Below are positions 1-10,068 of a stretch of DNA of 64,000 nucleotides, piece after piece. The position numbers were made by a program, and so were the translations under genes. How positions within the stretch are numbered: position 1 is the first letter of the stretch; the number at the start of each line of letters is the position of its first letter. The DNA lies in the NCBI GenBank assembly GCA_028286915.1, contig JAQBQQ010000023.1:8005-72004 (forward strand), written 5' to 3'. The DNA comes from Candidatus Peribacteria bacterium (GTDB lineage: Bacteria; Patescibacteriota; Gracilibacteria; Peribacterales; Peribacteraceae). The notes beneath the pieces were generated by a model, which worked only from the letters and a program-made list of their open reading frames with translations, was not told the origin of the DNA and searched no databases.

Positions 1-166
1 CCTTTCGTATGCCGGGCAGGCCAATGGATATTCTTCTGATTCTTGGCAGCCATTTTTGCGAAAACGCCGGAATCTGGTAGACTCCACATACGACCCGGAG
101 CTTTGAATGAGTCTGCCATGGCGGACGAGGCGAGGGGTGTATCTTATTTTTTTTCTTATACTTGTT

Positions 167-508
167 ATGTTCGATCCTATGTCCGATCTCCAGAGCGGTG
201 GAGAAGCAGAGGCAGCAGCCAATAGCCATGATGATATTATCGGGCTTGCCCGTCCGCCAGCCGCACAAGGCGGTGGTTACCATGGCCATAGCGGCGGTGC
301 AGGCGGTCGCTTTGCCGATGATATTCACAGCGTCACCATCCATGCCCGCCAGCGTACGTTCTATATTGATCTTAAGCAGTCCGGTAACGGCAAGTTCTTC
401 AAGATCTCCGAGAAGTCACGCGGCGGCCAGAAGACGACTATTATGTTTGATGTCGAAGACCTCGACAAATTCATTGAGGCGCTGCAGGAAATGAAGACCA
501 AGATGTAA
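167..508 (+). CDS. PUR-alpha-like DNA/RNA-binding protein (DUF3276 family) with Gly-rich N-terminal extension
   Basis: Motifs IHSVTIHARQRTFYIDLKQSGNGKFFKISE...IMFDVEDLDKFIEAL typical of bacterial PUR repeats; start at ATG 167 or 179. Confidence 0.8.
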   Translation: MFDPMSDLQSGGEAEAAANSHDDIIGLARPPAAQGGGYHGHSGGAGGRFADDIHSVTIHARQRTFYIDLKQSGNGKFFKISEKSRGGQKTTIMFDVEDLDKFIEALQEMKTKM

Positions 509-521
509 TAACTCAGGAATT

Positions 522-559
522 AAAAGAGTCCAAGGGGCAATTCCTTGGATTCTTTTTTT
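522..559 (+). terminator. intrinsic terminator, probably bidirectional
   Basis: aagagtccaagggg-caa-ttccttggattc hairpin followed by a T run, between convergent genes. Confidence 0.75.
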
Positions 560-578
560 ATTATAAAAATTCAAAGCG

Positions 579-956
579 TTATTTTTTTCGAAAGAAGGTC
601 ATTGTAGTCCAGAAATATATGATAATTGCCGCGAGAGGAATAACCGCAAATACATGATGCCCGGCTGTTTTTTCAGAAATTCCAGATAGAAAGCTAAACC
701 CAAGTGTGACAATAAAAAGATATTCTGTACTACGCTCAGCATTCGTATTTTGCTCTGTTTTTAAAAGCCTTTTTCGCAAAGATTGGTACGCTAATGCCCC
801 AAAAAACAAGCCATTTCCAAGCTGAGTCATATCGGCTACAACTGTTTTGCTGACTATTAATGAGTCGTAAAAATTGACGAACGATATGAAGAAAAGCAGC
901 AAAGCGCCAACGAAGGTAATACATAATGATGCGTAAGGTTTTTTTGGAAGATCCAT
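579..956 (-). CDS. hypothetical membrane protein (about 4 TM)
   Basis: 125-aa hydrophobic, AT-rich ORF. Confidence 0.6.
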   Translation of the reverse strand: MDLPKKPYASLCITFVGALLLFFISFVNFYDSLIVSKTVVADMTQLGNGLFFGALAYQSLRKRLLKTEQNTNAERSTEYLFIVTLGFSFLSGISEKTAGHHVFAVIPLAAIIIYFWTTMTFFRKK

Positions 957-1066
957 GTGAAATATGAAGAATTATAAAAGAATAGTATCAAAAATATGCG
1001 CGTCTATCTATTAGGGTTTTTGGTCGAATGCTTGCCTATAAAGATATACAACGTAGTTATTGAATG

Positions 1067-1945
1067 TTACCTATTACCAAGCCACGCCTTACCACTCATC
1101 GGTTTGCCTCCCGGTACCTGCACTTCTTCCAGATATAAAATCGTATGATCGTTGCAGGGGAGGAGGGTTGAGTCTGTGGTTTCTATAAGGCTGGACCGCA
1201 GAATTTTTATTGTTTCGTCGTTGATTGTGGTTGTCACTCCCGGCCAGGGCATGAGGCCGCGCACTTTTCTGTGAATTTCTTCAGCGGTCATGGTTTGCGG
1301 ATCCACAATGCCGTCTTCACGGGTAAGTTTTTTGCAATGTGTCGCATGTGTGTGGTTTTGCTCGCGCGGGAATAGCGGCAGCAGCAAAGTTTCCATGAGC
1401 AGTTCGGACCCCATACGTGCCAGTTCATCATGCAGTCCGGGTGCCGTTTCCTCGCCCGTGAGCGGCATGCTGCGCTCGCCAAGAATGGGCCCGGCATCCA
1501 GTTCATAGATCATTTTCTGTATGGTTACTCCTGTTTCGGTGTCGCCGGCCAGAATGGCTTGCTGAATAGGGGACGCGCCGCGCCAGCGAGGCAGCAGCGA
1601 CGCATGCACATTCACCGGTGCAATCAGCGGAAAGTCTAAAACGGCCTGGGAAATGATCTGCCCGTACGAGACCACCACCAGAAAATCCGGTCGGCCAAGC
1701 GCATGTTCCCGGCTATAGGTACTAAATTCTTTATTGAGTTTTTCCGGCTGAAAGACCGAAATATGGTACTGATTCGCTACGTCTTTTACCGGCGGTGCCG
1801 TAAGAACCTGCCTGCGGCCAACCGGCCTGTCCGGCTGCGTTATCACCAGATCCACCGTAAAGCCCGGATGCGTTATAAGCGCTTCCAGCGAGGGGACGGC
1901 AAAGGCGGAAGTGCCCAGAAAAATGACATTGTAAGGAGTTGGCAT
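1067..1945 (-). CDS. fmt: methionyl-tRNA formyltransferase
   Basis: VIFLGTSAFA, VITQPDRPVGR, NVHASLLPRWRGASPIQ, LDAGPI motifs; start at ATG 1945. Confidence 0.96.
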   Translation of the reverse strand: MPTPYNVIFLGTSAFAVPSLEALITHPGFTVDLVITQPDRPVGRRQVLTAPPVKDVANQYHISVFQPEKLNKEFSTYSREHALGRPDFLVVVSYGQIISQAVLDFPLIAPVNVHASLLPRWRGASPIQQAILAGDTETGVTIQKMIYELDAGPILGERSMPLTGEETAPGLHDELARMGSELLMETLLLPLFPREQNHTHATHCKKLTREDGIVDPQTMTAEEIHRKVRGLMPWPGVTTTINDETIKILRSSLIETTDSTLLPCNDHTILYLEEVQVPGGKPMSGKAWLGNR

Positions 1946-2091
1946 GTATATAGTGTACACTGGACACATGTTAGCTCGTTAGCTCGTTTATTGTTATTCG
2001 TTTCGACCTATATTTCGAAACGAATACATGAGCTGACTATCAACGAATGAACGATTGCTTAATCCTGATTCTATTTCTATAAAAGAAGCGT

Positions 2092-2400
2092 ATGTCCAAA
2101 CGTCCTGCCATGCTCGGTTCCATTATTCGTGAGATTATTGCGCCGGTGCTGCGTATGTGTCCGCCGGCTTGCGGTATTGTGTCGATTATTAAAGTGGACG
2201 TGTCGCCGGATTTTTCGTATGCCACCGTGTACATTACGGCGTTGGAGGAACCCAAAAAGGCGATACATTTCCTGGAAGGCCAGATACCCAGGCTGCAGAA
2301 GAACTTAGGAAGCCTGTATCGTAAAAAAATTCCGCAATTGCGGTTCCGGTTGGATACTCAGGCGGATAGCGGAAGCAGGTTGGATGAGTTACTAAAATAA
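2092..2400 (+). CDS. rbfA: ribosome-binding factor A
   Basis: VSIIKVDVSPDFSYATVYIT and IPQLRFRLD motifs. Confidence 0.9.
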   Translation: MSKRPAMLGSIIREIIAPVLRMCPPACGIVSIIKVDVSPDFSYATVYITALEEPKKAIHFLEGQIPRLQKNLGSLYRKKIPQLRFRLDTQADSGSRLDELLK

Positions 2401-2687
2401 GAAAGAAGCAAAAGGGGTACAAGCGAAACAGGAGGTGCAAGAGATTCAATGATCCATAAAAATTTAGAGAAATATTGCACATCACGAGTGCAGAAATTTT
2501 GCGTATGTTGAAAATCATCCTACGGAAAATTGTGCATCAACGAAATGCTGACCTTGAGAAGATAAAAAAAGAATATAAAACTTTCCATTCATATTTCAGA
2601 AATAAACTTGTGTAAGGTGCAAGGTGAGTGCGTTGTTGAAATATGTATATCACGCTTACACTTCATCCCTTTACGCGAGACATATTT

Positions 2688-3674
2688 ATGAGCACCAACC
2701 GACAGGATGTAGCCGATGTTCAAAGCATGCTCGCGCAGGCGAAGCGGGTGCGTGTCGTGTGTCACAGAAACCCCGATGGTGATGCCATTGGTTCCATGCT
2801 TGGGTTTGGGCTTCTTGCCGAGCGCGCATTGTCAAATACGCCGGTGGATTTTTATTGCGTGGATCCGGTGCCGGAGATGTTTCATTTTCTGGGCGCCGCT
2901 TTTCGCGTGCTGCCACCGCCGCCCATAGAGCAGTGGTCGCCGGAAACCGATGTAGTGGTATTTGTTGATTGCGCCGAACCCAAACTGACGGAGTTACACA
3001 TTACACATTCGCAGTTATTTGACGGCACATTCAAAACCGTCATGTTCGATCATCATCCGAGTAATCCCTTATTCGCCACAAAAAACTTTTTGGAACCAAC
3101 GGCTGCCTCCGCCTGTGAAATTATTGTGCAGTTTGCGGACGCGGCAGGCTGGGATATGGACGCGGCAATTGCCACATGCCTGCTTACCGGTGTGTATACC
3201 GATACCGGCGGATTGCTTCATAGCAATACGACCGCGCAGGTGTACCGGACGGTTGCCAGACTGCTAAGAGCAGGCGCCAGGCGCCAGGCGATTGTGACGG
3301 CTGTGTTCCGTACGGCAAGTATCAGTACATTGCGCTTATGGGGACGGGTACTGGAAAAAATCAGTATTACGGAAGAAGGCGCTGCCATATCGGCGGTAAC
3401 AGAAGGCGATTTCCGCGCAACCGGTGCCGAGTATAGTGACCTTACCGGAGCTATTGATTACGTGAACGCCATTCCGGGCATGCGCTTTTCACTGGTTCTC
3501 TCCGAGCGCGACGGAAAGGTAAAAGGTTCGCTTCGCACGCTGCGGGATGACGTAGATGTGGCCGAAATGGCCGGCAGGTTCCAGGGTGGCGGACACAAGA
3601 AGGCCGCCGGCTTTGCCTTGCAGGGTAAATTAAAACCGGAAATGCGCTGGAAAGTAGTGGAGGACAAAGAATAA
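2688..3674 (+). CDS. nrnA: DHH/DHHA1 phosphoesterase (NanoRNase/pAp phosphatase)
   Basis: HRNPDGDAIGS, FDHH, TDTG, GGGHKKAAG motifs; follows rbfA. Confidence 0.9.
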   Translation: MSTNRQDVADVQSMLAQAKRVRVVCHRNPDGDAIGSMLGFGLLAERALSNTPVDFYCVDPVPEMFHFLGAAFRVLPPPPIEQWSPETDVVVFVDCAEPKLTELHITHSQLFDGTFKTVMFDHHPSNPLFATKNFLEPTAASACEIIVQFADAAGWDMDAAIATCLLTGVYTDTGGLLHSNTTAQVYRTVARLLRAGARRQAIVTAVFRTASISTLRLWGRVLEKISITEEGAAISAVTEGDFRATGAEYSDLTGAIDYVNAIPGMRFSLVLSERDGKVKGSLRTLRDDVDVAEMAGRFQGGGHKKAAGFALQGKLKPEMRWKVVEDKE

Positions 3675-3705
3675 AAAAGCCCGCCCGGTAAGGGGCGAGC
3701 GGGTT
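3673..3705 (-). terminator. intrinsic terminator
   Basis: GC-rich hairpin with an A6 tract on + (T6 on -) between convergent genes. Confidence 0.6.
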
Positions 3706-3728
3706 GTCTCTGAACAATTGCTTCTGAT

Positions 3729-4331
3729 TTAAGCACTAATGGCTAGCATGACCTTCTTCCTGCCGCCAGTCAGGCCGATGAGCGGATAGCGCTGATGAAG
3801 TTCAAGCACTTTAAGCAGTTGCTTGGCCTTTTTGACATTGCTGGATACGCGGAATCGCAGGTAATACTCCAGAAGTTCCTGGTAGTGGATCCTCAGGTGC
3901 CGTGACAGTGGCGCATTTCCGTAGGTCATGGTGCCGAACATCGGGTAGGCCTGGTCCAGCAAACCTCCAAACTGATTCGCAGCATCTTCCGCGAAATTGC
4001 GAAATTGCACTGGTATGCTGGGTGTTTGATGTGGTCTTAGCACTGCATCAATCAAGTCGTAGAAGATGTAGCCTTCCGGTACCCTCTGCAGATGTGCCTG
4101 CGTCAGTTGGTCGGACGGTATGAGGTCCATGTCTGCAATTGGCTCCTTACAGAACCGTGAAAGATTTTTTGCATCCTTCAGAAGTGCTGCAAGGTGTGGG
4201 CCCAATTCCCATGTTTCGGCATCGAGCCGGTTAAGGCTGGGTGTCAGGTCTGCCATAATGGCGGCGGCCCGCTTCTTGCGGAGGTTGGTTCCGTTCAGAA
4301 TATTCCAGAGCTGCTGGGTGAACTTGGTCAT
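3729..4331 (-). CDS. hypothetical protein (ORFan-like)
   Basis: 200-aa ORF with AAGGA SD, upstream promoter and downstream terminator. Confidence 0.65.
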   Translation of the reverse strand: MTKFTQQLWNILNGTNLRKKRAAAIMADLTPSLNRLDAETWELGPHLAALLKDAKNLSRFCKEPIADMDLIPSDQLTQAHLQRVPEGYIFYDLIDAVLRPHQTPSIPVQFRNFAEDAANQFGGLLDQAYPMFGTMTYGNAPLSRHLRIHYQELLEYYLRFRVSSNVKKAKQLLKVLELHQRYPLIGLTGGRKKVMLAISA

Positions 4332-4390
4332 GCTGTAGTCCTTGTGCGATGGGTTCAGAGATCGGGCATCAGAAAAAGATGCTTTACTGT

Positions 4391-4419
4391 ATTAAAGCAA
4401 TATAATTTGATTATGTCAA
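4391..4419 (-). promoter_or_regulatory. sigma70-type promoter
   Basis: TTGACA-17 nt-TTTAAT on the minus strand. Confidence 0.65.
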
Positions 4420-4433
4420 TAGTATGGGGCGTT

Positions 4434-4772
4434 TTATCGAATACCTGCGTGCGTCTGCAATTCCGCTATCTGCTCATCATGCAGCTTAAATTTATCCTTA
4501 GAAAAACCGATGAAATCATGCTTAAGATCTTCAATTAAAACATTGGAATGTTGAATAGCTTCTACTTTGGCTTCCGTAATTTTCTGGGTTAATTCTTCTT
4601 TTGTTTCTTCAATTTTTTGAGCCGTCTGATCATAATGATCACCCAGAAGAACCATAAACTGCTCCATCATGGATTGCTGATTTTTTAGAAGTCTTTCTTC
4701 CATAGCAGACATATCCAGCCTTAAAAGGTGTAAGTCGCCTTTTGTTGCCGCCTGCGTGTCATCAGTAGTCAT
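4434..4772 (-). CDS. hypothetical coiled-coil protein
   Basis: 112 aa, ATKGDL start then heptad-rich helix. Confidence 0.65.
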   Translation of the reverse strand: MTTDDTQAATKGDLHLLRLDMSAMEERLLKNQQSMMEQFMVLLGDHYDQTAQKIEETKEELTQKITEAKVEAIQHSNVLIEDLKHDFIGFSKDKFKLHDEQIAELQTHAGIR

Positions 4773-4925
4773 GCGCGTACCTTACGCCGGGCAATTTTGA
4801 CCGACAAGCAGATGATGGAATTTCTTTTGAGGAAGCCTTGTCTTTTGCCTAAGGCATGAGGAAAAAACGGTTCTACAGCTGCGCGGAACATCCTATATGT
4901 CACATGAATTTTTTCCGTTCTGTTT

Positions 4926-5264
4926 TTAATTTCTTGATCCTTCTTCCTGAATAATTGTAAGAATTATATCTTCGGCAGCATCCATATCTTTGCTACTCTG
5001 ATCTCGTAAAATTGGAATAAGTTCTTGTGCTTTCATGGACATATGGGTCACTAAATCTTCCAGGTGCTTTTTCTTTTTTAGTGTTTTGACAGCAATTCGT
5101 AAGACCTCCAAATTTGTTCTTGGCTCACGAAGAGAACTTGCTACCGAGCGGGCAAGATTTTCTCGTGTTGCACCTACCCTTCTGTTTACTTCTTCAATAG
5201 CGGCTATTTCATTCATATTTGGCCAGCATTGTAATATTTGATTGGCAATTTCTTGAGGATTCAT
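4926..5264 (-). CDS. hypothetical protein
   Basis: 112-aa ORF directly downstream of the VirB4-like gene. Confidence 0.55.
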   Translation of the reverse strand: MNPQEIANQILQCWPNMNEIAAIEEVNRRVGATRENLARSVASSLREPRTNLEVLRIAVKTLKKKKHLEDLVTHMSMKAQELIPILRDQSSKDMDAAEDIILTIIQEEGSRN

Positions 5265-5283
5265 GCTATATAGTGGTAGATAG

Positions 5284-7206
5284 TTATAGAGGATTATTTT
5301 TAGCCGCTTCGGCTTCCGCCGCCTTTCGCTTCATAACCTCTTCAGGATTGGTGGTAATAATCTCACTCTCTTTCTGTGATGCGATAATCTGGATAGCCAC
5401 GTGCTTGTTGCCGGCAAAGAAAATGCCTTGCCCCACGCCGCAGTTAAGGAGAACGTACTTCTCGCCATCGGTTAAGTAAAAGAGTTTCTGCAGATTATCC
5501 ACAGCGGTAGGGGATTGTTTCAGTAGTACCTGCAATGCCGAGTTGGTAATAATCGGTTTGCCGTAGGGCGAATTGACGAAGTCCTCCACGTCCTGGGTAA
5601 TGGTGGTAATGCCGAGGTAATACTTGCGGGCGCGCTTTACAATGCCGAACAGGAAACGTGCACTGTCGTCGTACTGCATCAGGTTCCAGGCTTCATCTAT
5701 AACCAGGAAACGCTTCTTCAGTTCACTGCGGACGCGGTTCCAGAGGAAGTTCAAAATAATATAAATGGCAATGGGGCGGAGCTGGTCTTCCAAGTCGCGG
5801 ATTTGGAACACCACCATTTGCTTCTCCAGTTCCACGTTTGTCTGCTTGTCAAAAATACCGGCGTAGCTGCCGGACGTATATTTCTGGAGAATATTCGCCA
5901 TATTTTCACCGCCCTGTGTTGTCATCAGAACATCAACTAAATCGTGCATGGTAGGCGGTTCCAGGGTGCCCGGTTCTTCGTGGGTGAGTGTAATACCTTT
6001 AAGAGCATAGGTGTCCAAAATGGCTTTATCCAGCACACCGTCTTCCGACGGCGTAAGGCTGCCGAGCATCAGTTTAAAGAGGCCGTGCAGGTTGACGACT
6101 GCAGCGCGCAGTACTTCGCCCACGGCCGCCTCTTCACCGCGGACGGCTTTTGGCAGATCAAACGGGTTGATGCGGAAGCTGCTCTGGAGAGACATGGGGA
6201 TAAAGGAACCGCCGACAGTCTTGCAGAGTTCCACGTATTCATTTTCCGGATCAATAACCAAAACTTCCGTGCCGAACATGAGCGAGCGCAGGATTTCCAG
6301 CTTTACGGTAAAAGATTTACCGGCACCGGAGGTAGCGAACACGTTTGCATTTGCATTCGGCAAATCGAACCGGTCAAAAATTACCAGTGATTCATTATGG
6401 CGGTTAATGCCGTATAAAATACCGTGGTCGCTGGTAAGGTCGGAGCTGGAGAACGGGAAGCTGGCTGCGAGCGGGCTTGTATTCATGTTGCGGTTAATCT
6501 CCAGTTCATCCAGACACAATGGCAGCGTGGAATTCCAGGCATGTTCCATCTGGAAGAGTGCCGGTTTGGTAAGCACCAGGCGTCCGCCCAGAATGGATTC
6601 AATATCAGTTTGAATTTTCTTCAGTTTTTCTTCGTCATCGGCATAGAGCGTAATGTACATGCCGAACTGAAACAGTTTCTCACGGCCGCGGGCAAGTAAG
6701 TCGCGTAGTTCCTCGGCATCCTGCAGAGCTGCTTCCAGAGTCGGGTCACGCACAATACCGCGCTGTTCCAGCATGCGAATACTGGACCGCAACTCAGCTA
6801 CTTTCTTCCGGAGCATCTTCATAATCGCCCGGTTGGGCGTGGGGTAGATGAAGTGGGTAATATCCATGGTGGCATCAAAATTTACAGCGGGCGCCAGCCA
6901 GTTGGGGTAAATGTAGTTCGGCCAGTTGTAGACGTACAATGTCCGTGAATGCTGATCATTCAGTATCACCTCATTCGACTTAATTTCCATGGCGGCCGGC
7001 GCGATAATATCCAGAATCTTCTGCAGGCCTTCTTCGTACTGCTTAATGGCCAGGCGATCATCAGCCGTAAAAGATTCACCGGTCTCTTTTCTGGCATCGC
7101 TTAAAGCGTTTTGTGCCTTTTGATGCAGTCCGAGCAAATCGTCGATAGCGACAATAAGAGGACTTGGCAGCGCGTTCTTAAGGGAAGGGTTGTGTGTGTT
7201 AGCCAT
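5284..7206 (-). CDS. VirB4/TraC-like type IV secretion ATPase
   Basis: Walker A ATSGAGKS, VIDPENEY, INPFDL, Walker B FLVIDEAW, RARKY, TQDVEDF. Confidence 0.88.
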   Translation of the reverse strand: MANTHNPSLKNALPSPLIVAIDDLLGLHQKAQNALSDARKETGESFTADDRLAIKQYEEGLQKILDIIAPAAMEIKSNEVILNDQHSRTLYVYNWPNYIYPNWLAPAVNFDATMDITHFIYPTPNRAIMKMLRKKVAELRSSIRMLEQRGIVRDPTLEAALQDAEELRDLLARGREKLFQFGMYITLYADDEEKLKKIQTDIESILGGRLVLTKPALFQMEHAWNSTLPLCLDELEINRNMNTSPLAASFPFSSSDLTSDHGILYGINRHNESLVIFDRFDLPNANANVFATSGAGKSFTVKLEILRSLMFGTEVLVIDPENEYVELCKTVGGSFIPMSLQSSFRINPFDLPKAVRGEEAAVGEVLRAAVVNLHGLFKLMLGSLTPSEDGVLDKAILDTYALKGITLTHEEPGTLEPPTMHDLVDVLMTTQGGENMANILQKYTSGSYAGIFDKQTNVELEKQMVVFQIRDLEDQLRPIAIYIILNFLWNRVRSELKKRFLVIDEAWNLMQYDDSARFLFGIVKRARKYYLGITTITQDVEDFVNSPYGKPIITNSALQVLLKQSPTAVDNLQKLFYLTDGEKYVLLNCGVGQGIFFAGNKHVAIQIIASQKESEIITTNPEEVMKRKAAEAEAAKNNPL

Positions 7207-7279
7207 AAATCATCTAATTATAGCATAAAATACAGTTTTGCTCAATATACTGAATCGGCGTTCTTTGGCGTTATTGGCT

Positions 7280-8095
7280 TTATGAGCCGAGTAGATTGCT
7301 CGCTCCTCTCCGAAAGGACGATTGGTTCTGTAGGATATTCAGACTCTCAATGCCCGGTACATCCACTACTTTTAAGCCGGCCAATAGAATTTCACGGTTT
7401 GATTCTATGGCAAGGCTGCGTCTGGCAGAAAGTGCCAGCAGGCTGTTGTAGATATTCAGCACGTCACGCAGGCGGGATACATCCGACTGTGTTTTATTCA
7501 GTGTGGCTGTTGCCTCGCTGCGATCACGTTGTAGTAGTCCGGTCGTGGCATAATCCTGCACACGCGTGGCATTGGATATTTGTCTGTTGATATCGCTGAG
7601 TGCTTTCTCGGCGGCGCGTCTGTCCAGTTCACGCGCATTTATGCCGGCCTGGATTTCTGCCACCTTCAGCTGGCTGCGTTTGGTAATATTTGCCAGGCCC
7701 GTCAGGTATTCATTGAGCGCTTTGGGTCTGTCGGGACTTCTGTTGAGTAGATCGGGAATATTTACCTGCAGCACGCTGCCGAATTCCTGGAGAAGTAAAA
7801 ATGCTTCATCAAGGTCATCGGGGCTTAAAGGTTTGACCAGTTTCATTTCCGCTATCACACCTGACAGTGCCGATGATACGCGGAAGAAGCCGCCTTGTGA
7901 CAGATAGATGCTGCTAAAAATACCCATGACGGCAGAGGGGCGGGAAGCTTCACTGCGCTGCGTCAGCAGGGACTGTGCGTACATGACACCTTCCGTGGCA
8001 GCCCGTACAGACAGGGTAGTTGTCGTTTTTGTACCGCACCCCGTAAGCAGAAGAATGCAGAGACAGGCCGGTAAGCATCGATTGAGTAGATTCAC
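7280..8095 (-). CDS. hypothetical lipoprotein, coiled-coil
   Basis: Lipobox-like LLTGC; helical C-terminal half. Confidence 0.7.
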   Translation of the reverse strand: MNLLNRCLPACLCILLLTGCGTKTTTTLSVRAATEGVMYAQSLLTQRSEASRPSAVMGIFSSIYLSQGGFFRVSSALSGVIAEMKLVKPLSPDDLDEAFLLLQEFGSVLQVNIPDLLNRSPDRPKALNEYLTGLANITKRSQLKVAEIQAGINARELDRRAAEKALSDINRQISNATRVQDYATTGLLQRDRSEATATLNKTQSDVSRLRDVLNIYNSLLALSARRSLAIESNREILLAGLKVVDVPGIESLNILQNQSSFRRGASNLLGS

Positions 8096-8349
8096 AATAT
8101 AGATTATTATACATCATTTTGTAATTTTTATCAACTATTACTAAAACGCATGATTGTCATTGTTTGTGACTGAATAAAGGTTTTGATGGTCTATTCTTGT
8201 TGGTGAACGTTTGTGCACACAAATTGTGCTCAAACATGATGAGTTGGCACGGGCAAGGTTAAATAGCGATATAAGATGTAAAAAATGCTTTTAAATGCTA
8301 TGTTGGCCATCGCACCTGAACACGACTTGTATTCAACCCGGTTTCTCTT

Positions 8350-10047
8350 ATGTTCGCATCTCTTTCACAGCAGGCAAAACGGCTTCTACAGGCAGAATTT
8401 CCGGACCTGGAAGTGGATGTGGCTTGGGAGCGCCCGTCCGCCCGTGACCACGGCGATTGTACGACAACCGTTGCCTTGCAGTTGGCAAAAAAAGTGGGCC
8501 GCTCCCCAAAAGAGATTGCCCAGTTTTTAGTCGACGGATTACAAAACATGCCCGATGTGGAGAATGTGGAATTGGCTGGCCCCGGTTATGTGAATGTCCG
8601 GCTCACCCTTCCCGCCTTGCTGAAAGAGTTGGAAGCGGCAATGAATGAGGCAAAGCCCAAAGAATCAAAGAAAGATGAAGGGCCGGTTATTATTGAGTAT
8701 TCTCAGCCGAATATTGCCAAGCCCCTGGGAGCGCACCATATTATAGGGACTGCCATTGGGCAGGCATTGGTGAATATATATCGTCATGCGGGTCATACGG
8801 TTATCGCATGGAATTATCTGGGAGATTACGGCACGCAGTTCGGTAAATTATCGGTAGCATTTTCCAAGTGGGGGACAAAGCCGGTTGAGCAATGTTCGGT
8901 TGATGACTTACTTGATTTGTACGTTAAATTTCACGAAGAGGCTGAGCAGGACAAGGCGCTTGAGGACTTGGGGCGGGCAGCTTCGCTTAGGCTTGAAGAA
9001 GGCGATGAGGAGCTACGGGCATTCTGGAAAAAAGTTGTCGCTATTACCAAGGAATCTTTGGGAGAATTATACAGGCGTCTGCACGTTTCTTTTGATCTGG
9101 ATTTGGGCGAGAGTTTTTATGAGGATAAAATGGTGCCGGTCATAGAAGAGGGGAAGGCAAAAGGTGTCTTTGTGGAGGGTGAGAAGGGATCACTCATCGT
9201 TCAATTTCCCAATGATCTCTACCCGCCCTATCTTATTCTGCGTGGAGACGGTGCCACATTGTATTCAACACGGGATTTGGCGCAGATGAAATACCGGATG
9301 GAAACATATCATCCGCAGGCTATTTTTATAGCCACTGACATTGCGCAGAAATTGCATTTCGAACAGCTTATTGAAACGTGTCGTATGCTTGGCTGGGAAC
9401 TGCCGGAGTTTGAAAATATTCTGTTTGGACGCATGAGATTTGTGGAAAAATCCATGAGTACCCGGAAGGGGAATATTCTTAAGCTGGAACACGTGCTTGA
9501 CGAAGCGGTGGAGAGGGCTCAAAAAGTAATTGCTGAGCGCGGTGACGCCATTCAGACGGATGAGCCGGCTGCACTGGCTGAAATGATGGGAGTTGGTGCG
9601 CTTGTGTACGGCATTTTAAGCCAGAACCGGAAAATGGATTTGGTGTTTGACTGGGAGAAAATGCTCAGTTTTGATGGCAACAGCGCGCCGTATTTGCAGT
9701 ACACGCACGCCCGCGCCAGATCGGTGCTGCGAAAGGCGGAACAGGAAGTGAGTGTGCAGGGTGTAACAGGTGTGACGGCAATGGCGCCGCATGACCGCCT
9801 GCTCGTGAATACTTTGCTGCAGTACCCGACGGCCTTACAGGAGGCATTGGACACGCGCATGCCGCATAAGCTGGCTAATTATTTGTATCAGCTGGCGCAG
9901 GATTTTAATGCATTTTATAACGCTGAAAGCATTTTACAGGCGGAGGAGTCCCTGAGAAAACTTCGTCTTGCTCTTACGCTTCTTACTGCCGATACATTAC
10001 GGGCGGGGACTGCCTTGCTGGCTATCCAGGTTCCCGACCGCATGTAA
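8350..10047 (+). CDS. argS: arginine--tRNA ligase
   Basis: IEYSQPNIAKPLGAHH (HIGH-like), NYLGDYGTQFG, MSTRKG, GNSAPYLQYTHAR. Confidence 0.97.
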   Translation: MFASLSQQAKRLLQAEFPDLEVDVAWERPSARDHGDCTTTVALQLAKKVGRSPKEIAQFLVDGLQNMPDVENVELAGPGYVNVRLTLPALLKELEAAMNEAKPKESKKDEGPVIIEYSQPNIAKPLGAHHIIGTAIGQALVNIYRHAGHTVIAWNYLGDYGTQFGKLSVAFSKWGTKPVEQCSVDDLLDLYVKFHEEAEQDKALEDLGRAASLRLEEGDEELRAFWKKVVAITKESLGELYRRLHVSFDLDLGESFYEDKMVPVIEEGKAKGVFVEGEKGSLIVQFPNDLYPPYLILRGDGATLYSTRDLAQMKYRMETYHPQAIFIATDIAQKLHFEQLIETCRMLGWELPEFENILFGRMRFVEKSMSTRKGNILKLEHVLDEAVERAQKVIAERGDAIQTDEPAALAEMMGVGALVYGILSQNRKMDLVFDWEKMLSFDGNSAPYLQYTHARARSVLRKAEQEVSVQGVTGVTAMAPHDRLLVNTLLQYPTALQEALDTRMPHKLANYLYQLAQDFNAFYNAESILQAEESLRKLRLALTLLTADTLRAGTALLAIQVPDRM

Positions 10048-10068
10048 TTTTTTCATTCCTTTTTACGT

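Noticed and set aside
2449..2615. Possible gene remnant between rbfA and nrnA
   Set aside because: Only short AT-rich frames with no recognisable motif.
5284..7206. Integrative conjugative element or prophage
   Set aside because: No integrase, relaxase, att repeats or phage structural genes in the window; flanked by housekeeping genes.
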